From positions 64,058,464 to 64,122,463 of the forward strand of contig NC_043011.1 in the NCBI RefSeq assembly GCF_006345805.1: 64,000 nucleotides of DNA, given 5' to 3'. The notes under the pieces were generated by a model. That model saw nothing but the letters and a program-made list of their open reading frames with translations, had not been told where the DNA came from and did no database searches. Positions 25,596-40,004 of this stretch are shown here, piece by piece. Each line of letters begins with the position of its first letter. Position 1 is the stretch's first letter. The translations under genes were made by a program, and so were the position numbers. This stretch comes from Octopus sinensis. Lineage: Eukaryota.

Positions 25596-27883
25596 GTGAA
25601 AAATAGAATATGGAGACGCTATTTAATCATTTATATTTTCATATCTCCTGCACATGTTTCGATGGATGCATCCAAAATACGCCCAAAAGGATCAATAATA
25701 CCCATATATGCATGAATATTTTCAGGGAGGATATAAATAACAATATTCATTAAATAAATATTTTAGCAGGTATATGAAGCCCCATATGCGTATGCAAAGA
25801 CGCGCACCGACACCCCTACACGCAATATGTGTTTAGATAAATATATATAATTTTAGTAATATTACATATATACATATAAAACACACGCACACATATACAT
25901 ATATACATATATACATATATATACATACGTTTATGCGCAAACCCATATTTATATATAAACATACATATGGCGCATGCATATATAGTTATGCATACATATT
26001 CCCATACGAAAACACACATTTCCATATACCATATATGCACATACGCACAAGTGTAGAAGGACGCAGATACGCACTTTCTTATATACACATCCACACATAA
26101 GTATACGTAGATCTACATATACGCCTGTATGCATATGTATATGTTCGCACACTTATGTGAGGATGTGTATATGTCTACACATTCACACCAAGTTATCCTG
26201 ATGGGAAAATTCTGTTCTATTGAAAGGTTAGGAAGAGGATAGGAGGTCGGCCTGTCTATGCATGTATAAGAACACATTCGCGTATAAACAAATTAACAGG
26301 TTGAAGTGTGTTTGAGATTTGTTTGTATTGTTTGTTTGGTTGTATAAATTCGGAGGTCGTTCCTTTTGTTGTATACGTAGACGCATGGGATAAGTGAGTG
26401 GGGCAAGAATACGTTGGTTAAAATCTACTGTCATTGAGAGGATGGTATGAGTAGAAGTATACTTTGTCATGTGAAATCGAAGGTAATAAAAGCTGGCATT
26501 GAAGAGAAATGAGTGAAACTGTATATAAGGTGGAAATTATAAAAACAAATATTAAAGATATATTTAATAATAATAAAAACAGTGACTTAAGTTCATACCG
26601 CTGGTGTAAATTCTGGAGTCGGAAGTAGTAATCGAATGGTATAAGAAAGGAACTCCCTCGACATTGATACAGCTGAAACAGCAAAAGAACATACAGAAGC
26701 GTTGAGAAATTGAAACGTCAACGAACTAGTGATCCACCTCAATACAAAGCGTACATCGACGCATTCCCTTATCATTATAATGAGAACGTAGTACAGGAGG
26801 AGCAAGCTATATCTCATATGAACAGATTCTGAGCCGCTGAGCAAGCCTGTATATACACAAATATTATTTGAACTCTGTACTGAGCATCAAAGACCGATGA
26901 AGCTAAATTTTACTGGCTTTAAAAAGGCATTTTCTTGTTTCTACGAAGTGTTCTAGTAGAGGATTCTTTTGAAGTATAGCATCTCTTAATATTTCGTCCA
27001 TATATCTAAACAGCTTTATTTAAAATTGCGATGGCTTGTTCGAGCAGAAACAAGGAAATCAGTCTCCTTCGAAATTTTTGCTGGAATGGGACAAGGGTAC
27101 ATTTCCTCAGCCTTTCTAATCTTGCTAGTTGTAGAATTTTTGTCCTTGAGGAAACAGAATACGCATCAGGTAGAAGAATACAAAGGAAACTATGGGCTAA
27201 AATGATTAACCTGTGGTTACCGACAGCGTTAAGACAAAAACAATAAACGATGATGATATAGAATAACGAAAACCCTAAAGATGAATGATTAAAATATCGA
27301 AACAGATGGAAATCCCAACTCCCTGGGTAGCATCGTCAATAACAATAAGAAATACGAGAAATTGGCATGGTCTTGATTACCTTTAAAAAATACTAGGCCT
27401 TCAACCCCATCAGGTGGTGTATAGATATCATTTAGGAAGGTGAGATTTTTGACAAAAATTGTTTATTTCGCTCATTCATCACTTCTAAGTGATTCACGAC
27501 GAATGATGTGTTTAGAGAAAATTCATGCTTTTTATATATAAATAGGTTACTTGAAAATATCTGGTATTGTAATGGGATGAGGATGTTGTTTGTAATTTTG
27601 AATGGATCTCAAGGTATATATGTGTGTCAGTATGTGTGTATGTGTATGTCAGTGCCTGTCTGTATACGTGTGTGTATATGTCTGGGTAAGTCTGTGTGTG
27701 CGTGTACGATTTTTAAGAAAAAGATAGTATAAAAAAAGAAGAAATGAAAGAATTGGAATTGTTTCTTAGTCATTGTAGTTTGGGTTGTTTTCATTCAGCT
27801 TCAGCAAATGGAGTCTATCTGATAATTCTATAAGATTCCTAAATTTTTTTCAACATATGTATTTGAGAGAGAGAGAAAGGGAA

Positions 27884-27936
<53 letters not shown>

Positions 27937-27994
27937 GTGTAGTGTATGTTGTCTATTCGTTGCTTAAGTGAAAAATTTAGTTATTTTAGTGACA

Positions 27995-28920
27995 GTAATG
28001 GGAACATTATTAAAATAATATCCTTTGGTAGTTTTATTTGTTTCACCTGGAACAATAACTGATTTGGGTTAGGTTTTGCCATGTCTTCCATTTTATAATT
28101 TTAGTTAAGATAAGGCTTGAAGGGAGAGTTCTTGAAAATATTGTGTCCACATAATTCCAGATAGGTACTAAGCGGGGTATTTCATAATTCGTTTTGGCTG
28201 GCGTGTTGTTTGAGGATTCTTGTACGTTGCCAAAAGGAATAGTTAGTTTCACCACTATAACTCTTTTGGGGATTGGAGTAGTTTATGCATAATAAGATAT
28301 CCTGTGTCTTGTAGTTTAAACGAAAATTTAAGTGCGAGGAGAATCCACATTTGAATTCTATATGGGAACCAGTCTCCAAATATTGAGAGTTGTTATTCTT
28401 ATATATTCCACAACTATTATCTCCACGATCTTCCACGGGAAATTCTGTGCTATACTGTAATGTGAATTTTGCACTCGTGAGATTGTTTGGATGATGTTTT
28501 CTGTTTCTTATAAGATTTTAGCAGATGGGATTTTAATTTTAAGTGTTTGTAAGAGAATTGGGAGGTTTACTTTTTATAGTGTGAAATATTTGGTCATTCA
28601 TGGATTGTGTATTATTTAATGGAATGGTATTCTCTTTAATTACTTTCTTAGGTGACCTCTGTTGTAAGATGTTCAGTTCAATCGCTTTTTTAATTGCATT
28701 GTTTATTATTTCAAAGCGTGATGCTCTTTCGTTGGGAAGTTAACTGAATCGAATTTTGTGTATTTTCGATTCCACTAATATTGCTCAAATACATCTTGCC
28801 ACATTATCTGGAATGTTCAGATCGATGTGTGGACGATGGCTCGAGCAGAAACGGGAGTATTGGTGTGGATCTGCGTTTTCGTGAAATATATTAGTTGTTA
28901 CCTTTGAGTATATATTCTTG
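27995..28920 (-). mobile_element. Decayed Penelope-like element (RT thumb + GIY-YIG region)
   Basis: SSHRPHIDLNIPDNVARCI...; SYSGETNYSFWQRTRILKQH. Confidence 0.55.
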
Positions 28921-28924
28921 CATG

Positions 28925-30560
28925 GATTTCTCAAACGATAAGTTATGAATGATTTCTACATACATACAACATCACCAGGAGACCTAAACTTATGGCCCAT
29001 TGTAGCTGGACCATCCTCTGAAACACATCGATTAAGTTCCTTCATGGACATTCTCCTGAAACCATTTCTAAAACTTGCCAAGCGTTATATTCGAGATGAA
29101 TTAGATATGTTAAATCACCTTCCATAAAGAGTTGAGGAGGCAGCAATCATTCTTTGTGATTATTGAATACACCAACGTACCCCAGAGTTATGGAATAGAA
29201 GCCATCCGTTTCCGATTTGACAAATATTCACAAGGAATACTAGAATGGATCAACAATGATAATCGAATCAATTAAATTCATCCTCCAAAACAACAATTTC
29301 ATGTTTAGCACCACTGTTTATCGCCAAAAATCTGGAAATGTAATGGGAACTAGGGCAGCCCCAAACATTGCCAATCTAACAATGAGCTATTTCGAAATAA
29401 CAATATATTAGGAGTCTTTTTTCAAAATTTGGAAACCCTCTCTTCCAATGCATAAAAGAAAATTGGGAAAGATTTTTGTACGACTGCTTCATCCGCTGGA
29501 ATGAATACACAGATAATCTCATGGAGTTCAATAGACTTGTCAATAGCATTAGCACCAGCATAAATTCACAACGGGACACAACCAGGAGGAACTCCTATTC
29601 CTAGACAAAACACTAAACAAAATACGCAAAAATTGATTGAAACAGACATTTTTTACAAGACTACAGACGCTACACAACAACTATTATTTAACTGATGCCA
29701 CCCGAGACATCCAAACTAATGTCCGCTTCAAAATTTCAAGAATGATTAGCATGATATTATCCGAAAAAATACAAGAGAACTAAGATATCTTATAGCTGTA
29801 CTCCAAGACAGGCATCACCCTTCATATATGAAGGAAATAAACGTACAAAATCGATTGATATTAAAACATAAAACAAAGCCAAAGACAACAATCCATCACC
29901 CCTCAAAGCATTACCTTATATATTCACATACAACCTCAAAAACAAACAAGCATTCAATATCATAGACCAAAATCTTCCAGTACTCCATAAGGACCTCAAC
30001 TTCAGGAAATACTACGTAACTATAAAATCATTAAGATCAGCAAACAGCCTAAGACATTGAAGTATATTCTCACCAATGCCAAACTATTCTCTAGAACAAA
30101 AAACTCAAGTGTCGTACAGAGTGGTCGTCCTAATTTTGGAACATGTCACAATCAGTTGGAAGGATCGGAATTCCATTTTAGATAAGGGCAAATATTCAAA
30201 ATCAAATCTAACTTTACTTGCGCCTCACAAAACCTCATTTATGTTAGCAGATGCTCGCGCTGCCGTCAAACTATAATGGCTCAACAGGAAATTCGATTCG
30301 AAAGAGATGTACTGTCCACGAACACCAAAATTCACCACCACCACAATATCGCCATATATGCCTCAGGCGACACATTGATGAATGTAGAATGATTACAACC
30401 ACAATTCGTAATTTTCCCATTTTAACAACTTGCCTTCTGGACTTCAACATTAGTAAGACGAAGTAAAGATGTCTCATTTATTTTAAAAAATGTAAACCAT
30501 AAATATATATAGACCTATACTAAAAATAAAGGACTTAACCAATTTAACGTAAGATATAAG
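28925..30560 (+). mobile_element. Decayed Penelope-like element, RT plus C-terminal GIY-YIG
   Basis: PIVAGPSSETHRLSSFMDILLKP; VMGTRAAPNIANL; RFLYDCF; NLIYV..C..C..YNGSTGNSIRKRCTVH. Confidence 0.85.
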
Positions 30561-31089
30561 CCAAGAGAACAAAGAAAAAATATAAAAATTACAGATTTAC
30601 CTCCCCTTTACTTGAAATAAACGAGTGAACAAATTATCTCTGCTTGCAGTTTCTTTTCCTCCTATTAATATATTTTTTCAACTCTCAGTTTCATGAGGAA
30701 TGCGAAACCCATCCTTACGTCACTTTTGTTGAAAGAACAAAACCCCAGTTTGTACAAAATTGTATATCTTTATTATTATGGCTCTCATAATCACCTTAAT
30801 CCTGTAAAACAAATGTTTCCATAACAACGCTTAACGTTTGTGATTGCATTGATCTAATTTCTCGTCTACTGTTATATTTAAGGTGTGCGATTGTTTGAGG
30901 CTTGTTTACATCAACATTCGTCCTTAAGATGTCCCCACTAGCAAAAAAGAGTAAAGTGCTTAGGCCTGGAGAACGAGATGACCGATTTATCTCTGAAAAT
31001 CGAGAAATGAATTCCCTATCAAAAACTTGCCTGAGCCTTTCTATTGTGTTCTTTCCTGTGTGATCTGAAGTTCAGTCCAGCTGAATTCA

Positions 31090-31760
31090 CATACCTAATG
31101 TAAGTTGACCCGCTGGACGTAAGAAATTCTGGATCATGGATAGCTATTCATCTGCATCCTAATTTTCGAAGAAATAAAGTCTTATCTCTTTTTCTGATGC
31201 TATCCCACGCAGCATCGTACACTTAATGAGATTCAGTTCTGTTTGATGAATGGCCGTAAAATTTTTTCAACCCGAAATCCTGCAGTTTTGTCTTCAATGG
31301 ATCCGTTCAAAAGAAAATGAACTTCATCTGAGGTAATTAATTTATAGAAAAATTCGCTCTCTTGTCCTGCTAATTCTAGGAATCTGTAGCACATTATAAC
31401 CTAGCAGCATAATCTGTTTTTTTTTTTTCAGATACTGCACCAATTGGATTTTATGCGGAAAAATATCTAATGTTTTTTTTTTTATTCTTTGCGGTGATAT
31501 CCTGCAGAATCCAATTTTTTCCAGAGCGTCATCGCGTTGATGGTGTCAGGTCTTCTTCAAAACTTTCCTTCACACACCTGACTATGGCTTCCTTTATAAC
31601 GGAGCGAGGCCTACCTATTCTTGGAAGATCACTTACTGATCCTTGACCCACAAAATGACCAATTACTCGCTTGAATATTCATTCACTTAGTTCATAGCTC
31701 CATAACGACGACGATATGCTGTTTGTGTCCGGAAAATTGACCAACGGACCTGGTAATAAA
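31090..31760 (-). mobile_element. Tc1/mariner-superfamily transposase relic
   Basis: GSVSDLPRIGRPRSV and ITSDEVHFLLNG. Confidence 0.7.
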
Positions 31761-31922
31761 ATTACTCAATATGTGTTCGCTGCTCAATAGTGTATTTTTC
31801 CATTCTCATATTGTAGGCTCTGATTTATATAAATTTGATAATTATTAAAAATTTATTAAATATTGAAATCCCTTCCACACTGTGTGTGTGTATATATGTA
31901 TGCATGCATGTGTGTTGAATAT

Positions 31923-32023
<101 letters not shown>

Positions 32024-32236
32024 GTATATATATATGTATATATATGTGTGTGTTTATATGTATGTATGTATGTATATATATTTATTTATATACATATACG
32101 CATACATACACACACACGCACACACACACACACACACATATATATAAATATAAATATAGGGATGGTATTATTATAATACCATCACAAGTAGTAAGCGAAT
32201 TATCAGCCGTACAGGCAAATTAATAAAATATATGAA

Positions 32237-32402
32237 TACAATACTAGATATGTACATATATACACAAAAGTACTACATGAGTACCTATATCGCTAAAAAA
32301 AAAGAAGTCAAAAAATACTTCTGTACAGAAGTATTTTTTGACTTCTATCATTAGCGATATAGGTACTCATGTAGTACCATGTAGTACATATCTAATATTG
32401 TA
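32237..32402. repeat. Loopless imperfect palindrome centred on CTGT|ACAG (32323/32324)
   Basis: About 54-nt inner arms 32270-32377 plus 19-nt outer arms. Confidence 0.85.
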
Positions 32403-32699
32403 TGTATATATTATATATTTGTGTGGATGAGTTCCTGTACTAGTTTGTGTGTGTGTGCGTGCGTGGGTGCGCCTGAGTGTGTACACTTGTACGTGTGTGT
32501 CATAGATTTTAGCAGCAATATGGCCTACCCATCAGCCGTATCCTCTCACCGCATTGTGATTTCTTCTTCTTCTTCTTCTTCTTCTTCTTCTTCCAATCAG
32601 GTCTCACGCCATTAATCACAAAGAATAATCTCTAATTCGACCCTACTCTAAGCTACTAAGAATGCGTATGGCAACTTGAAGATCCACCCACCACACGCG

Positions 32700-33063
32700 A
32701 TAGACTGGCGGTTGCACGGGAACAGAAGTTGCATTGTTATCCTATTTCAGTAAACGGTGACTTTTAACGGGTGGAGAGCTGAACCTTCCTGGGGTACAGA
32801 GGATTCGCAATCTAGACTAGGGTCTGAAAGTTTACCATACCATAGTGGGTCACACCATGTTTCTTCTGCTTTGTGGCAGAAGTAGAAAGAAATAGTGAAA
32901 GTTGTGTTGAAAGAGTACAGTGGGTTTACCTTCCCCCCCCACAGGAGCCTCGTGGAGCTTAGGTGTTTTCTCTCAATAATCACTAACAATGCCCGGCCTG
33001 GGAATCGAAACCTCGTTCTTACGATCACGAGTCCGCTGCGCTAACCACTGGGCCATTGCCCCT
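32700..33063 (-). mobile_element. tRNA-derived SINE, head as at 3563, different 3' body
   Basis: Reverse complement starts GAGGGGCAATGGCCCAGTGGTTAG. Confidence 0.75.
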
Positions 33064-33496
33064 CCGGTTGTGCTGCTGTTGTCCTAAGACACGAAGGAAA
33101 ATATTTATACAGTTCTTGTATTCGTCTGTGTATGTGTGTTCGCCTAAGGCGTTGCCGTTGTCGTAGTTTGTTGCTGCTGTTGTTGCCATCGCTGTCACCG
33201 CAGTGTTAGTTGTGTTGTTGAACCTCTACACACATACAAACACGCAAATAATTTCGTTGATGTGTGGCAAAAAACTTCCGGACAATGGACATGGCTTATA
33301 AGATAATAGCTTATGACCTAAATAAGCGAGTGACTAAAAAATACATATGCAGTGCGTCTGCTTATTTGGCCAAAAAGAAAAAAAGATCACATTCCGTAAT
33401 ATAACAATATCTGTTTCAACAAAGATTTCACATTTGTTATCTTTCAAAACGAATTAATATAGATGTATATTTCAATAACATATGAAAATAGAGAAG

Positions 33497-33700
33497 ACGG
33501 TGAGTTGGTAGTAAGGTTAGCACGCCGGATGAAATATTTTGTAGTATTTCGTCTGTCTTTCCTTTCCGAATTCAAATTCCGCCGAGATCGAGTTTGCCTT
33601 TCGAGGATGATAAATAAAGTACAAGTTGCGTAGATGGGTTGACAAAATCGACCTGTGCCCTCCTGAAAAATGTCTGGCCTTATGCCTAGAGTAGAAAAGA
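33497..33700 (+). mobile_element. SINE (family of 56528)
   Basis: GGTGAGTTGG..GTTAGCACGCC..TTCAAATTCCGCCGAG. Confidence 0.75.
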
Positions 33701-35169
33701 AAGATAATAAAATAGAGAGATGATTAATAAATTATTAATTTGAAAAATTGACAACATCGCATACAGAAAATAGGCCTTATAAAAAGACATTAATAAAATA
33801 AAAAGTTATTTTAAATTCGAATCTCGCTAGAAGTAGTTTACCATATATAGTATATGAGTTCAATTCCTGTATGCTAAGTATACGGTTTTAAATGTTTTAA
33901 TCAATGAATAATAATTTATTAATTATCTCTCTCTTTTCTTATCTTATTGAATTACATAAATATATATAAACGACGGTTTTATGGTTTTATAGTTACCATA
34001 CAATTGAATATTGATTGTAATATTCAACATTCTTTGTATAGCTAACTAACCAGTATTTTCATAGGATTTTACTATCCTTTAATGTAGTGTATAACCTTTC
34101 TTTGAACCTTATACACACACACACACACACACGCACACACAAACACTATTGGCTCATATTCCTAGCAGTTTGTATTTCTTCGAAATGCTTTTGCAGATAG
34201 ATTATATCTACAGAAGCGTATCCCATCGAAGTTGTTTTCTTCATAACTTGAGGGAAATGGATTTTTTTTAAATAAAATTTGCTACAGATGTTTCTAATGG
34301 TGTAGATTCGAACTACATCGGAGTTTGTAATACTAACAGTCGTCCTTCTTCAGAAGACGGGAAGGCACTCGGCAGTTACATATAAGCACATCTAAACCGA
34401 TTTAATTTATGGAAAAGCGTACCCTGCTGGTCGCAAAGAAATTCTTCATTTCATACGTTCCATCCTGTCATTCCATGCATCGAAGTCATTGCACAGCTGA
34501 TGGTGGTGCATCGTATGACTATGTCCGTATCTGCTGATAGCCTCCAAAATAGCATTCTCCTCGATTAAATGGCAGGAATAGGACCCAAAACAGAAAGCAA
34601 ATTTCTATGAAGCCAAAAGGTGTCCACGACACAATCGCAATTTCTACTGCTGCCGCAAATGCCCGATTCACAGATTACACCACGACGCATTTTCCACTCC
34701 CCACAAATTCTTCTTATTCAGACAACATTTTCACACCGATTTACTATTTGAGCATCGCTTCTCTTACATGAATTACTATTTCATGTAATCGTATATTCGA
34801 TTAATGTTGTGAACTTTGCTGATACATTGTAAATAAATGTTCGAAATTAGGTGATGCAATACTGAAATATCTTTCAACAACTTTTACTGTAAGGTAAATT
34901 TGCATAATGATAGATTCCAATATGTGCCTTTTGAATAGATTTTAGCACCGTACAGACCGAGCCGAAGGACGGGAGGCCTCCTACTAGATAAAGGCTGGGG
35001 TTGATAATTCACTGAAGGTTTGCAATTTTTAATAAATCGTTCATTTTCTATCATTTTTCTTATCTTATCATGGATCCTGGAAATTAAAAATGGAAAAATA
35101 TGCCATTGTACAACGCATGCCATTGGTGAAGTCGTTCTATCAAAATCAAGGGTCAATTATTGAAAGCCA

Positions 35170-35600
35170 GAGAGCAAATTGTTGGTATTTTCAAGTGATG
35201 CCCCAAGAGAAAACACAATTAAGAACTTAGTTCATTGTTATGAAAAACAAGGGGCAGCAAATGATATCTCACGATGCGTGAGACCTCAAACTGATGAAGC
35301 AAGGGACGAGTGCAAGAGAGTATTGAACAGAATCCGAGCACGTAGACTCGAAAGCGATCCAGACGGCATCAGATATCACAAACTTCATAGCAAAGAGTGC
35401 TCAGCAGATTTAACCATGTTTCTATACATGGTACATTTGGCTTAACCGTTGGAGCCCTAGCAATATGAAAGCAGTTTACAATATGCTATCAAAATCCAGG
35501 AATTGAATAGAAATGACCCGAACTTTACATAAACATTGATCATGTTTGATGAAACTCACAGAACCGGTCCCTCAGACAATTTTTGTCCGGTTTTGAAAAG
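35170..35600 (+). mobile_element. Tc1/mariner-superfamily N-terminal relic
   Basis: APRENTIKNLVHCYEKQGAANDISRCVRPQT resembles the HTH-GRP region. Confidence 0.45.
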
Positions 35601-35910
35601 CCGAGAGCACCAGACCAAAGAGAATTGCCCACCCCCATAAAGTTTGAAGCTAAAAATAGAAATAGAAATTTGCTGAAGAAAAAGATGTAATTTGTATATG
35701 TTATGCAGCGGTAGATGAATAAAGATTAATGCAAATTAATTTCCATCATTTCCCCTAAATTGAATTAAAATTCCATACACTTTTTTGTAAAAACAGGGGA
35801 GTTATTAGCAATTAAACATCTCAATAACTGCTGGTCCACCATGTGTGTGTATATGCGAACATTAAAGTAATTTATAAACTAATTTGCATATAGCACCAAC
35901 TGACGCTAGC

Positions 35911-35920
35911 CATCTGTTAC
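35911..35920 (+). promoter_or_regulatory. CATCTG E-box upstream of paralog C (CATCTGTTAC)
   Basis: 78 nt upstream of ATG. Confidence 0.6.
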
Positions 35921-35988
35921 AAGAATGTTGTCATCAAATGAGCTAACCTTACGCAGACATTTGCTATTAAGTTTTACTGAAGTAAACA

Positions 35989-36025
35989 ATGAAAATTTCA
36001 ATCTTCATTTCGTTTCTAATAGTGT
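35989..36025 (+). CDS. Paralog C exon 1 (signal peptide MKISIFISFLIV)
   Basis: ATG 35989, 37 nt, GTAAGT donor, phase 1. Confidence 0.85.
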
Positions 36026-36135
36026 GTAAGTATATACGTATCTTTTACTGCTTATGTTTATCGTTTTTAGTCATTAGATTACAGCATTCCTGGGGCAAAG
36101 TCTTGAAGCACATTTAGCTGAATAAAAAGACGCCG

Positions 36136-36171
<36 letters not shown>

Positions 36172-36339
36172 TCTATTATTGTTATTGTTGATGTTATTAT
36201 TATTATTTTGCTTTTCTTTTAGGCGGGTACTTATTTGATTGGTCTTTTGGTGTGCCACTAGAATACGCCGAATTAAACACACGAACAACCGATTGTGATG
36301 AGGTTCTGGCATAAAGATGCACACAGATACATCTACATG

Positions 36340-36410
<71 letters not shown>

Positions 36411-36659
36411 TTATATAAATATTTATACATATATATATATATATATATATGCATATATATATTTATTTATACATTTATATATTTATACATATATATATAT
36501 ACGTATATATGCATATATAGGAGACAATGGTGTCATTGAGACCCAAAGTTGTCAGGTAATGCTGAATAAGTGCTATAGACAGACCATAGTGAAGTTCCAG
36601 ATTCGGTAATATTGCGAATAAAGGGTTCAACGTTAGTTCTATGTCAGCGTGTGTATATA

Positions 36660-36915
36660 AAGATTTTTGCGAAATACGATGAAAAAAACATGGCTGTTTA
36701 AATATTAGAGCAGTTATAGACAGAAGGTCTTACTGCAATTTCTATGATATTAATTAATAATGACACCATCATCGGAGACGGTGTTTTTCCTCTCACACCG
36801 GCTCCGATAAAGGGATATTATTATTAATTAATATTCTAGAAACAGCTGTAAGACCTTCTATCTCTAAATGCTGTAATATCTATACAGCCTTCGATTTTTA
36901 TCTCATTACGCAAAA
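36660..36915. mobile_element. Old inverted pair of PLE-pLTR-like repeats with decayed hammerhead motif
   Basis: Imperfect arms; + copy ggct-CCGATAA-stem-GAAACAGCTG-TA-agac (36800-36854); - copy 36727-36779. Confidence 0.65.
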
Positions 36916-36974
36916 ACTTCATATGTATATGCATAAATATATACATATATATTCATATCTATGAATAAATATAT

Positions 36975-37066
<92 letters not shown>

Positions 37067-37120
37067 TTATATATATATATATATATGCACACACATAAAC
37101 ACAAACACACATACACACAT

Positions 37121-37158
<38 letters not shown>

Positions 37159-37189
37159 CTTTTTTCCGTGTTTATTGAGCGTCGATCTA

Positions 37190-37480
37190 ATGCATTCCAT
37201 ACGCTCATCTGGAATCATTGTCAGAAGATCCAGTTTCTCTTTGGAAGACACATACCTCGACACCGGCCAGGCCTCTCAGACATGTTACAAGCCTATTGAA
37301 TAGCTGTAGGCCTTGAAACCCAAGCTGTTGCAGTATCTGTTCTGTTTTAATCTTGATGCTCGGAATTCTATATATGATGAGCCTCTTCTATGTTCTGTCT
37401 ACCAAATTAACCCATACATCTTCGGTCACCCGGAAGTATGTTTGAAACCATTAGCCCATGTTGCTACACAGAAGAACTAA
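37190..37480 (-). mobile_element. CR1-like LINE 3' fragment
   Basis: YCNSLGFQGLQLFNRL...KLDLL.MIPDE, similar to the 49615 element. Confidence 0.55.
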
Positions 37481-38559
37481 CCCGGAGATATGTGATAAGG
37501 GAGCAAGCTTCGTATAACACAGTCACGTCTGCGCCTATTTCTTGTAAGTTTCTATTACGTGATAATGCATATAACTGCCAACATTTATCACTCTCTCCCT
37601 CTTTGTTTTTGTCTCTCTATATTTATTTATCCCGTCATGCATTATCGTTTGAATGCAGATGTGTAGCTAGTAATAGTTGGTTATTGTGCAGAACGATGTC
37701 TACGTTTGTTTATGTGGGACAATGTGTGCCGCTGCTGTAATACTTATTTCAATAACACCAATCAAACCATTGTCTTTAGAATTAGGATAATATCTCTAGT
37801 TATACAGATTACAAGAAAGAATGGATGAATAAAAATAAAACAAAACAGTTGTGGGCAATTTTACTTTATGTACCAATCTATAACGACACCTATTCACACT
37901 GATCAAATAGCAGTATTTTTTTGGTATTATGTTTTGGAAGCGTCACTATGCCAGTAATGTTCTCTAAAGACTATGTGTATTCTAAAAATAAAAACGCTTT
38001 TTGAAGTCTATTATAGCTCTTAAAAGTTAAATGTGTTTGAGACGTTTTCTATTTTCCATAGGTCTAAAAAGAAATGTTCTTCGCGTCGGTGTTAGTGTAG
38101 TGAAATCATAATGAATCATTCGGTTTATTTGCCTGATGTTTGGATATGTTTAGATCTGGAAATTAAGCCTGTGTAAAAACTATTTCATATATCGTATATT
38201 TCTTATGTTTTTATGAGAAAATAATTTGATGGTAAATTAGTTTTACCTATAATGTTGTAGGTGCATTGTTATCGATAATATTTTATCATAAATGCTAATA
38301 GTTTTCAGATTATTCTAAACTGAATTTTGGAGAGAAGTATGATACATTCTCCAACATATCAGATTGTTATAAACAGTTTCGTTCGGTTAGTAATATACAT
38401 TATTACTACAACAATTTTTTTGCATCCTATAGTGTCAATATAATTTTCAAGATTTAGATTGTTAAATAAGTGCCTTTTGTTCTTGGTTTTTACATTGTTT
38501 CGCTAATTCATTCCTAAGAGCCAATCATTGGACTATACGAGTTGGTATCAAAATTTACC

Positions 38560-39170
38560 AAGTCTACTTCTGTAGCGCGCCAACATATGGCAGCACATTG
38601 TTACATGCGTACTCAGACGTAGCAAAATCCTTGCGAATGCTTTGGCAAGCTTGCAGCGATGAGGCACTTGGTCATAAGCAATGATTAAAGTGGCAAGAGC
38701 GCTTCAAAATCTAAAGAATATCACTGGAAAAATATCTCTGATCGGGAAGAGCTGCCACGAGCATCATCCCCGGAAATTGGAGAAAAGTTATCCGCTTATG
38801 CACGAGGATCGTCGAAGGAGATTTCGAAGCGTTTGAGGGAAGTCATTCGGTTTCAGCGACCGGATCTGTGAAGCGTGAAGGATTGGATACTTCGCTATGA
38901 AAACGGACCCTGTCACCGAACCTTCCTCACTCGTATTTCCCTTACTTAAAACAATATGTCATCGCTTCCACATTCACTTGTGTGCCTGTTGAAGCGCTTG
39001 TGGACTTCCATCTCTTCTCCAAGATTAAAATCTATTTCAAAGGTCTGCGTGGTATCACCACTTATAGAAAACAACTCCCAAGCCGGATTCGAAGAGTGAC
39101 ACAAACGCTGCGGCACTTATGCTGCTGCGGAAGTGGTGATCTTGAAAGTGTTGATGTTAAAACATGTAAA
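38560..39170 (+). mobile_element. Internally deleted mariner relic
   Basis: DEALG..KWQERFK; RLREVIRFQRPDL; DFHLFSKIK. Confidence 0.7.
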
Positions 39171-39814
39171 TAAGAATTTTTTTATTAACGATATCTAATT
39201 CAGTATCATTCTACCTCCCACATTAGAATAATTACTTGTGAAGCTCTCCTGGTAGAAAATTCTACAAAGATTATTCCTTAGTGTAAGGCGATAATTATTG
39301 TTTAATACGCAGTTGAAGGCAATTATCTTTAACGAAGAGACAGCTAAATGAACAACTAAAGAATTTCCCCTATATTAATCATTATCAATAAACCTAGTGA
39401 CAACCGTATTGCATATGAACAAACAATATTTGTATTATAATCATTTAAAACCCACTCAAGCATAAAGCAATGTTACTTAACGCGCAATATTTTCAATGTG
39501 ACACCACGACGAGAAGGTATTAAATAGTGACTAGCAAAATAATAAATTCCAATTCGAAATCATAAAAAGAAAATTTTGCAAATACTAAGCTGCTAAAAGA
39601 CGAGAGATTCGGGATAAAATTTAACCAAAACCATGTACCTAATATTCATAAAATATATATTGCAAATACTCTGTAAAAACGAAGAGAAAGGAGATGACTG
39701 TTTACATACGCAGGGTCGATATGATTAAATAAAATATATCATACATAAATTAACATCATTTGGCACAAAATTAACAATTAAAAATAACCGGAAAAATCTT
39801 TCTTTTACTTTTAG

Positions 39815-39914
39815 GTGGAGAGACGTACAACATGTGTCCTAAGTTAGCAAAAAGACAGTGTGGTTTTCCCGTGTATTACTTCGAAAACTTTGAACAGGAT
39901 TTTTCATTTTGCAG
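39815..39914 (+). CDS. Paralog C exon 2 (C-GETYNMCPKLAKRQCGFPVYYFENFEQDFSFC-R)
   Basis: ttttacttttag acceptor, 100 nt, phase 1->2, gtacat donor. Confidence 0.9.
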
Positions 39915-39933
39915 GTACATATATATGTATATT

Positions 39934-39984
<51 letters not shown>

Positions 39985-40004
39985 ATTATTATTATTATTA
40001 TTAT

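Noticed and set aside
34288-34385. Open candidate exon DVSNGVDSNYIGVCN...
   Set aside because: Cys position does not fit the family and no partner exons were found.
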